Part shown: positions 25,301 through 34,464 of the stretch, in pieces
How the letters are laid out: each line of letters starts with the position of its first letter
Numbering within the stretch: position 1 is the stretch's first letter
NCBI GenBank assembly: GCA_002104905.1
Contig: MCFE01000621.1
Span: forward strand, 1-52,098
Length of the DNA: 52,098 nt
Reading direction: 5' to 3'
Source of the DNA: Basidiobolus meristosporus CBS 931.73
Taxonomy: Eukaryota; Fungi; Basidiobolomycota
Notes under the pieces: generated by a model
Seen by the model: only the letters and a program-made list of their open reading frames with translations
Database searches by the model: none
Told to the model about the DNA's origin: nothing
Translations under genes and position numbers: made by a program

Positions 25301-26370
25301 ATATCTTGGGATTGAAGGAACCTATAGCCTTGTGAAAGCCAGAGTATGGTGGCCCAGAATGAAACAAGATATTGAGAAGCTAGTGAAAACGTGCCCAAAC
25401 TGCCAAATCAATCAAGGCCAGCCACAAAGAATTGCCAAACTCTTCCCTTTGGAGCCTGTAAGACCATTTGAGAGATGGGGAATTGACTTTATTGGAAGAC
25501 TGCAAACTACCAGGAAATGCAACCATTGGATCCTAGTAGCAATTGACCATGCCACTAAATGGCCAGTTGCTAAAGCTGTACCAATAGCCAGTGAACAAGA
25601 AGTTGCAAGTTTCATTTACCATGAGATCCTGATGAAGTTTGGATGCCCTGTGGAGATCTTATCTGATAGAGGAGCAAACTTTATGGCAAAGACATTAGAG
25701 GCTTACCTGGAAATGCAGCAGATCAGACACTTGAAAACCTTGGCATATCACCCCAGAACTAATGGAGTCACAGAGCTGTTTAATGGATTATTTGGAACAA
25801 TGCTCACCAAGTATGCAAATGGAGTTGTCAGTAGATGGGATGGGTATATAGACCAAGCACTCTTTGCATGCAGAGTCAGAGTACACAACACCACCCAGCA
25901 ATCACCATTTTACTTAGTGTATGGATGTGAACCAAGGATTCCAGGAGATCTCACACAACCAAAGCTTACAGACACCTTAGAAGATGAACTCAGTCAGCCA
26001 AGTAGACACCAGCAACTGGAACAAAGACGTCAAGAGGCACAGACCAAAGTATATCAAAGTGCAGAAAAGATGAAGCAGAGATTTGATAACACCATAGCAC
26101 CAGAAGCATTGACAGTTGGGAACTTTGTATTGCTAAGAAACAACACTTGGAAGAAGTTTGAGCCACAATGGACAGGACCATTCAAGATCATCAGAGAATG
26201 TCCATTTGCAACTTACCAACTGGTGGACAAACAAGGCAATATCCGGGAAGACTTAGTACATAGGGACAGACTCAAGCTTGCAAGACTTGCTGATAATACT
26301 GAACCATCAAGATATTGGTATCACAAGAAAAGAGATTCAGGAGAACCCTCTCAACTTTAGTAGGGGAGAA

Positions 26371-26737
26371 TGTTATGATCTGCCGCTTGAATGTTTAAGT
26401 TAGATCAGTTTTTAGTCAAATCAATTAGTATATGTTTAGGTTATCAGTATATCAGTATTATCTATCAAATCAGTAGCATTAGTCAGCAAATGAATCAGCA
26501 GATCCTTATCAGACAGAAATAGTTATATTAAGTAGGATCTTATTGGGTGATGATGATGCAATCAGATGAGTCATCAGCCACAACCTACATTAGGAAATAC
26601 AATTAGTCAGCAATTGATCTGGCAAAATGTATATAAGGAGCTGCTGGAACCTCAATAAAATCAGTTCAAGTTTTAGTGAATACAATGCTAGCTAAACTCC
26701 CTATTCCTCTACAACTCTGATACCAAGACTTGTAACA
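26371..26737 (+). repeat. G1 3' LTR (367 bp)
   Basis: Direct repeat of 20727-21094 following the PPT. Confidence 0.95.
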
Positions 26738-29188
26738 CAGACTCTTGAAAACTTCCACTTTCTTAGGGTCAAAGGTCACTCCTGTGCTAGTCACTATACA
26801 TCCCAGACACTCAATGTGTTCCTTGAAGAACTCACACTTTGCTGTCTTGGCAAAAAGCTTGCTCTTGCTTGTCTTCTTCCAAACCTTATCAATGTGCACC
26901 AAGTGGACCTCTTCTGTCTTGCGCTATAACAGTATTCCATCTAGGTAGATTACAATAAACTTGCCTAAGTACGCCCAGAAGACTGTTTTCATCAAGGTCA
27001 AGAATGTTGCAGAGGCATTGGTAAGACCAAAACTCATGATCAAGTGCTTGTAATGTTCATATCTTGTCCTGCATGCTGCTCTAGGGATGTCCTCTGGTTT
27101 CACCCTTATCTGGTTGTATCCTGATTTGAGGTCAATCTTGCTGGATATGGTGGCACCATTGGGTTGGTTGAAAAGCTCATTAATCCAAGGTATGGGGTAC
27201 TTGTTCTTCAGAGTCACTGAGTCAGGGGCTCTGTGGTCAATGTGTACCCTAAGCATACCATCCTACATTTTCACAGACAGCATTGGTTCTCCCCAAGGTG
27301 TCTTGCTGGGCATTGTGTCTCCTAGCTCCATTAGTTGATCATTTTGTTTCTACATCTCTTCCAATTTCAATGGACCTATCCTCTAAGGTGCCTAGCTTAC
27401 AAGGGAGTTATCTCCTTTGGCAATGGCATGATTGATATCTCTGACTGGTGGTAGGATTACAAGTTCTTCTTGAGACATGTCTAATACTCCTTCAAAAGAG
27501 TCTGGACTCTCTGGGGTACTGGGGTAGAGGAATCATCCTGCAATACTGCCCTGAGAAACATCCGTGTACTTTTCCTAAGTGCTCTACACTACCTTGTCTT
27601 GCTAACTTCACCTATGTCCAACACACTGGAACTGACCAAGTTGTAGTCCAGTCTGGCAGAGGGTAGTTCATAGATCTGGTTGTCTTTTTTGATTTGGGTG
27701 GCATGGGTTCTCCAATTATTGATTGATTACCATTGAATAGCCCTGTTTTTTCAAGTACCAGGTCAAATTGCAGTTTCCATTATGTGAGAGTTCCTGCCAA
27801 CTGTTGAAGCTGAAGTTGATATTGTGGGTTCCAAGTTGTTTCCAGCTTTTGAGATAACATTTCTGAAATATACTTACATGATGCTTCTGAGTCAATCACA
27901 ATGATGGCAGGTATTCATCAAGTACTCCATTTGAGCAAAAAAGTTTCCCTGAATCTCAGGTCATTTGGAACAGATACTCTTCTGTCATATGAAAGGTGAG
28001 TTTTGAGTCTTCTTCAAGTATATCTTTGACTTCACTATGTTATTAGGCTTCAATGTGGTTAATGGTTCTTGTCAACTGGTGTTCATCTCTTTGCTGAGCA
28101 CAGTACTTTGAGATGTGCTCATACTGCTGGCAACTAAAACAAAGTCCTTTCTTCTTACATTCTTCTAAGCTAGGATTCTTTTGCATATCATCTGTTTCCA
28201 TTAGCCCTGCTTCTGATTGTCCTCTTTTGTGGTGATTGTAGCTTTTCTGATTGGGTACTCTAGGCTTTCCAACTCCAAGCATAGCTGAGTCATGGCCAGT
28301 AGCAATCTTAATGGCTTCTTCAGTAGTTTGAGGTCTTTGATAATTCACTTTCTTGTAAGTCCTTTCCCTCAACCCATTGATAAAGGATTCTACTTGCTTT
28401 AGGGGACCCATTTGTTCAATTTGTCCAAGTTGACACCTATACTGATAAATCTATTCCTAAACCATTCCTTTGTGTCTGAGTGTCTTTAGCTTCCTTATTA
28501 GCAATGTCTGCTGATGTGGAGTCAGAAAAGCATCCTGAACTGCCAACACAAACTCATCCTAGGTTGAGGTAATAGAGCATCACATTACAGTGACAGGCCT
28601 AATGTTGTTGTAGTACCACTGTAAAGCTGCATCTGCTTAGTAAGAAGCTGCATAATGCTACTTGCATTCTGAGGCAACTCCTTCAGCCTTAAGAGCTTCT
28701 TCAATTTGAAAGAGCCATATTTGCAGGTTTTAATTGAATCTACCATATTATGGATTGACCTTCACATCAAAGTTGCCTTTGACAAAGCTCTGCTGGTTCT
28801 TGGCCATGGTAATCAGTCCTTTTGTTGCTGGCTAAGGATCTGGAGAAACTACTATTGTTGGGCTGGAATTTGCTGCTTAGCATTCTTCTATTCTTGATTT
28901 TTTACATCTTGGGAGGCTTCTTCTTTCTTCAGGAGGGAGGTTTTTGATTTTTGCTGTTACAATGATATAAGTCTATATATAGGAGTTGTAGAGGAATAGG
29001 GAGTTTAGCTAGTATTGTATTCACAACAACCTGAACTTATCATTGTCAAGGCTCTAGTGGCACTTTATATACATTTTGCCTGATCACCTCCTGACTAATT
29101 GTATTCTCTGATTTTAGTTGTGGCTGATGTTCATTCTATTGCATCATCTTCAATTAATTAGATCTTAACTTACAAATCTATTAATGAC

Positions 29189-29697
29189 TGTGTCCTGATC
29201 ACATGACAACCATGAACACCCGTGCCAAGTTTCAGCTTCCGAGCTCAATTTCTAAGAGATTCCTTCTGGAACCTTCTACCACCTTCCAGAAAGTTCCTGA
29301 CCATTCCAAACCATTGTTATACAAGGGAACATTCCATGGAAGCTTCCTATTGTATATTTCATAGTCCAGTACCAAATATGGAAATACCAGCTCACATGAC
29401 TTAGTCACATGATCAGGTGACCCAATCCATTTCCCCATCCTGTCTCAGTGCCTTGCCTTCTATATAATTATCCCCAGCACTGCTGCTGTGCCTCACCCCA
29501 CAACCCCATTAGTATTAGCTAATATCTCTTGGCATCAGTATAGCCAAAAAGTATATATAGTCCTATCCCCCCTTAAGTATTCCTCAGTCTGATAAACACA
29601 GGTCTTGATTAAACAGCCTTGCCTTGGAAATCTGCCTTGCCTTGTTGATCCACACCTAGTCCTTTCTTGGTCCTGCCTTGCGTCTATTCATAACACA
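29189..29697 (+). mobile_element. Probable solo LTR of family E (~500 bp) inside the G3 LTR
   Basis: Interrupts the G3 LTR, whose sequence resumes at ~29698. TG/CA-type ends and TATA-like CTATATAA at ~29460. Homologous to 6346-6820. No clean TSD found. Confidence 0.7.
29263..29297. promoter_or_regulatory. Two perfect three-unit heat-shock elements in LTR E
   Basis: cTTCt-gGAAc-cTTCt (29263-29277) and cTTCc-aGAAa-gTTCc (29283-29297). Confidence 0.55.
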
Positions 29698-29840
29698 CTG
29701 ATAAGGATTTGATGATTTCTCTGCAGACTAAAACCACTGATTTGAAGGATTATAATTATTCACTGATAGGCTAAGCATAATACTAATTGATTTGATTTAA
29801 AACTAATATAACTTTTACATTCAAGCATCATATCATAACA

Positions 29841-30888
29841 GTGCTCAACAACTTTGTACATCTTGAATATCTATTGAAATTTGGGCCTTGGTATTGCCAC
29901 CACAGTATCTCTTTTGCATGCTATGATAGATTTTCTGTAGGGTTTATCTTTGAGCACTGCAGTTATTCTTGAAAGAGTTGTTGGCATTCCTCTGCTGTTA
30001 CATTGGGATATGACTTAGTTATTAGCTGTGATATTGAGCTACCCAAGTTCCTTGTGTGCAGCAGAGATATTGCATTCTCTACCGGGGATACTGATTGCTC
30101 TGCACATAGCATTCACTCATCTTGTCTCTGGAATATTTCATGATTTCTCTGGGTCATTACATTTATTCTCTCAGCCATTGCACCTAATTGCCTCATTGAT
30201 GCTTCAGTATGAGCTGACAACATATTTGCTGGTATGAGTGATGGTGATGTCATGACTTCTGCTTGCTAGTCTTGAACAAAAGGTATTGCATTTGCCACAT
30301 TCTCATCTGCCTGAGCATGATGGTCAGCCTGTGGCTTGCAAAGATTCTTATTTGCATACTTGACTGAGAGCCTAAGGTATCCATATTATTACCTTCAGTG
30401 TGCACACTGTTAACATGGCCTTTTTTGGATGCAGCCACGCTTGTGGCACTGAATGTCAATGCAAGCTGTTGTCCAGCCATTCTTCTGCTGATGTCAGCAG
30501 TGCCATTAGGTTGGGGCCCAGAAAGCTTCACATTATTTTTTGGCTGCATAAGTATGGAAGTGAGTCAAGCCAAAGGGGAAATTGTGTTACACATTAGTGT
30601 GTGTATGGTGTCACAACTTCATATATCATGCCTGCTACTGTAGGTCTTTACTGAGTCTTACAATCATGTATTTGCAATGTCACAAATACAAGACTATCCT
30701 GAATTTGTATGAGTAATGACAATGAGGTGTTAAATAGCATTATTCTGTTGAGTGTCAAACTATTTGCCCCTTGGAGAAGACTACTTTGATTCAACACAAT
30801 GAGAGAACAAGAAAATAGACCAGGTGGCTATTGTAGCAAGCCTTTCAGCCCTGAAGCACACAGACAGCATATGAAGTATTACAAGGAT
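29841..30888 (-). repeat. Unclassified repeat family U, fragment
   Basis: Colinear with ~41905-42910 (compare ORFs 30028..30237 and 41902..42291). Strand tentative. Confidence 0.7.
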
Positions 30889-30992
30889 CACCTGTACTGT
30901 AACTTTGCTGGCTTCATCCCAGCTTATCTTCTTGATCCACCTCATTGGGAATGGCTTGGTCCTCCAAGTACTTTGTAATAAGCTAGGCCAAT

Positions 30993-32564
30993 AGACTTGT
31001 TCCATAGTATTGTGCCAGGGCATGTGGCATAATCTGTGGTCTTTAAGAACAATCAGGCACAATATTGTAGTAACCAGTAGGCAGGATTGCTCTTGGACAA
31101 TTTTGCACCATGTGGGACAATCTTGCACACTATGGCACAATCTGACACAATGAGGTTGGCACAAATGATTGCACCCACTTGTAATGTTTGAATCATGTGC
31201 GCAATTGGATACTGCTATTTTATATACTAATGTGATTGTTGAATTTTCCATATATTATGCATTATGCATCTTGGATTGCATTGACATGGATCAGATCACG
31301 TCAATTGCAGATTTCCTATTTGATTATAGACTTGTGAGTAGAACATCAATAAAAACACCCAGTCATTGTTTGAAGATGATTTTTGCAACATAATGATGGG
31401 ATACATGGCAATTGATGGAGATTTAATCATAATGCATGGAAAATCAGATAAATAAAGTTGATTGCACCAAATCAAATCATCTCAGCCCAATCTTTTCCAA
31501 TTTTAATATGACTTACTCATCTGAATGGTCTTTTCTCATCAATCCCATCACTACCACTTAATTTTCTTTTGACACACTAGAGGACATCTATACCAAGTAC
31601 TGTGGTCCATCTACCCCAATCTACTCATGGAGATCCCTGGTTAAGCTTCTTGGCTATTACAAGATCTATTGCCCTACAAGGTTTCTTCCAACCATCCTTG
31701 CCAACAAAAGTCCTAGAAGCTTTCATTCTCAGCTGACAGCAATGGAGAACCACCTTGCAGAGGGTATGAATGACTTTGAGCAAGCTTGGAGTACTAGGTT
31801 TAGAAGCTCCAATAGACTTCCATATCCCAGAGTGTTCAGCAACAGGTTCCATTTAAGGAGTATTTTGGATACCTACCCATTCAGGATTAATAGGCCTTCT
31901 AGAGTGCAGAGGCACTTTTATGCTGGCAAGTACAAGGCACACTGTGTGAAGTGTCAAGCACTGTCTGACACTGAGGGTAACATCTTCTGGTTTAGTGGAC
32001 CATTTGCTGGAAGTAGGCATGACAAAGCACTCTGGGTAGAGAATCATCCAGAATTCAGTAGAGGGGAGAAATGTATGGCAGACTTAGCTTATATAAAAGA
32101 GGATTGTCTGAGATTAGGATGTATTGCAGCTTATAGGAAACCAAGGAATGGTGTGCTTAGCAGGAAGCAGAAGCCCTACAATGAGATATTTAATCATTTC
32201 ACAGTGAGGGTAGAGCATAAATTTAGATATCTGAAGAGATTCAGTATATTGGCAGGTAAATACAGAGGAAAGTCATATATAGGAGAAAACAGCAGAATAG
32301 GTAAAATAGTTAAGATACTTATCAATGCACAGTATATTCATACAAGAAGACCTTCTCTGAGAGAAATGTGTCTGGAGCATTATGAAGAGTAAATAAAGCA
32401 AGGAAAGCACAACTCTGAGCAACATAAGTAAGATTGAGTAAAATTGCCAGTAACTATAATCTACCAATGGCATGATGGTAGAATTATAGTGCCAGATGGT
32501 GTCAGATTGATCTGGCACTATAAGCAGGCTGGCACTATGTGGCACTATCCAACAGAACAAGTCT
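30993..32564 (+). mobile_element. Compact PHIS-type (PIF/Harbinger/ISL2EU-like) DNA transposon, 1572 bp
   Basis: Terminal inverted repeats AGACTTGTTC / GAACAAGTCT and perfect 3 bp TSD AAT (30990-30992, 32565-32567). Removal restores the G2 pol spacing. Contains a single DDE transposase frame. Confidence 0.92.
31508..32392 (+). pseudogene. DDE_Tnp_4-like transposase (~294 codons) with one premature TAA at 31559-31561
   Basis: The supplied ORF 31742..32392 extends in frame to ATG 31508. Motifs ILDTYPFRINRP...FYAGKYKAHCVKCQ...GSRHD...ADLAY...RVEHKFRYLKRF give a D-D-E triad typical of IS5/Harbinger-type nucleases. Confidence 0.88.
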
Positions 32565-34464
32565 AATAAGATTCATGCACCAAGTTGAGTTGTACAACTT
32601 GTTCTAGTCTTGATAAGGCATCAGCAACCATTTGTTTTTCCAAGAGCAGTAGGCAGTCTGCAAGTCAAATTACAGAATGTATTTGCTCCATCTTGTCATA
32701 CTTCTGGATAGTACCTTCTGACCAAATATATACCTGAGTGAGCCATGATCAGTCATCACTGTGTACTTGACTCCTTCAATGTAACATCTCAAGGTCTTCA
32801 AGCAGTGTATTATGGCAGGCATCTCCTTCTTATGCACTGGATTGTGTTGCTCTGCCAAGTTCAGTTTCTTTGACTCAAAAGCAACCTGGTAGTCCTTTCC
32901 CTCATGTTCTTGGCTCAGTACTCCACTAATTGCATAGTCTGAGGCATCTGTGTGCAGAGTAAACTCTTTTCTGAAGTCTGGCATTCTTAAGCTTGGCAGC
33001 TTAACAAGCTCATTCTTGAGCCTCTGAAAGGCAGTCAAACAGGCTATGTCCCACTTCATGGTGTTGTCTTTCATGGGGATATCTGTTAATGTGGCTGCAA
33101 TACATCCAAAGGACTTGACAAATCTCCTATAATAGACACCATTACAAGGAATGATCTGAGCTCTGATATGCTTTGGGGCTGCTTCACATTCTTAATGACT
33201 TTAAACTTATTGGGGCCTAAGATTACTCTTGTACTAGTCAATATGTGTCCCAGGTATTCAACATGCCCCTTCAAAAATTTGCACTTTGATAGCTTGGCAT
33301 TGACTAAGTGCTAGTAATGTCCATATCTGGTCCTGAATGCTGCATTATGGATGCATTCTGGTCTCATCCTAATCAGGTTGCATCCTGACATAAGTTCAAT
33401 CTTGCTGAATATGGTGGCTCCATTGAGTTGGTCCAGAAGCTCATCAATCCAGCGTATGGGGTACTTATTCTTCACAACAACTGAGTTGATGGCTCTGTAG
33501 CCAATGCACATCCTAAGTGTTCCATCCTTCTTTTTCTCAAAAGGAATGGGTGCTCCCTAAAGTGACTTGCTGGGTCCAATATATCCTTGCTTGAATAACT
33601 GATCTATTGTCTCTTGCAGGTGGCTATTAAAGCAAGGTCTGATCTTCTTACATTCTTCTGGTGTGGGATTCTTCTGCATAACATCTATTTCCATTGACAC
33701 TGCATCTTATTGTCTTCTTTTGTAGTGACTGTAGCCTCTCTGATTGGTTGTTGTGGGCTTCCTAACTTCAAACATATCTGAGTCATAGTCAATGACAATC
33801 TCAATAGCTTCTTCAATAGTCTGAGATCTCCAATAATAACTTCCATACAAGCTCTTTCCTTCAACTCATCAGTAAAGTATTCAACTTGATCCAAGGGGTT
33901 CATTTGTTGAATTTGTCAAAGTTGATATCTATACTCATAGATGTATTGTTGAACCATTCCTTTTTGTCTTAATATCTTTAGCTTTCTTCTCAGTAGTGTC
34001 TGCTGGTGTGGGGGTTCAAAAGCATCCTGAATTTCCAACACAAACGTATCCCAGGTAGAGATTGTAGAGCATCCCATCATGGTGGCTGACCTGATCTGGT
34101 TGTGGTACCACTGCAAAGCTGCATCTGCTGAGTAGAAGCTGCATAATGCAACTTGCTTTCTGGAGCAATTCTCTTAGCCATGAAAGCTTCCTCAATGTGG
34201 AAGAGCCAAGTTACCAGGTTTTAATTGACTCTACCATAGTGCCAGTTGACCTTTGCACCAAAGTTGCACTTGACAAGGATTTGCTGATTCTGCACCATGG
34301 TGGTCTTTCCTTTTTGCTGCTGGCTAAGGATCAGCAGTAATTGCCACTGTTGGGCCAGGATTTGCTGCATAGCATTTTTCCATTCTTGTTTTTCTGGCAT
34401 CTTGAGGGGGGATTCTTCTTTCTTCAGGGGAGGATAACTCTGGATATTGCGGCTGCCAATGTTA

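Larger units (their letters stand above)
21183..26360 (+). pseudogene. G1 gag-pol (Retrotrans_gag, CCHC knuckle, aspartic protease, RT, RNase H, integrase with GPF motif)
   Basis: ORFs 21246..21725 (gag), 22951..23649 (CFNCHQQEHIAKYC, IMIDSGA), 23650..24474 ([16 protein letters not shown]) and 24516..26360 (ILSDRGANF, YHPRTNGVTE, WTGPFKI). Broken by a few stops, one 1 bp deletion near 24452 and solo LTR F. Confidence 0.95.
20727..26737 (+). mobile_element. Ty3/gypsy element G1, full length and young, no chromodomain
   Basis: LTRs at 20727-21094 and 26371-26737 (about 9 differences counted by eye), 4 bp TSD CAGA (20723-20726, 26738-26741), PBS TGGTAGCAGC at 21096-21105, PPT AGGGGAGAA at 26362-26370. 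Confidence 0.97.
20405..29840 (-). mobile_element. Ty3/gypsy element G3 (same family as G1): 5' LTR, gag, PR, RT, start of RNase H; 3'-truncated and split by G1
   Basis: LTR 28963-29840 is interrupted by LTR E. ORFs 28043..28411 (gag), 26924..27256 (RT, YLDGIL) and 20402..20680 (RNase H start). The reading frame is continuous once G1 and one TSD copy are removed. Confidence 0.92.

Noticed and set aside
29185-29701. Target-site duplication for LTR E
   Set aside because: No combination of TG start and CA end gave matching 4-5 bp flanks.
30560-30600. TQFPL on the minus strand of family U as the PIF1/Helitron helicase motif
   Set aside because: The following residues (WLDSLPY; WYDLLPY in the other copy) do not fit the expected L.LA(W/Y)A.TIHKSQG.
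31508-32392. Recent horizontal transfer of a bacterial IS5 element
   Set aside because: The sequence is CpG-depleted like its neighbours, has a diverged second copy and derived foldback elements, and eukaryotic PHIS transposases share these motifs. There is no positive evidence without a phylogeny.
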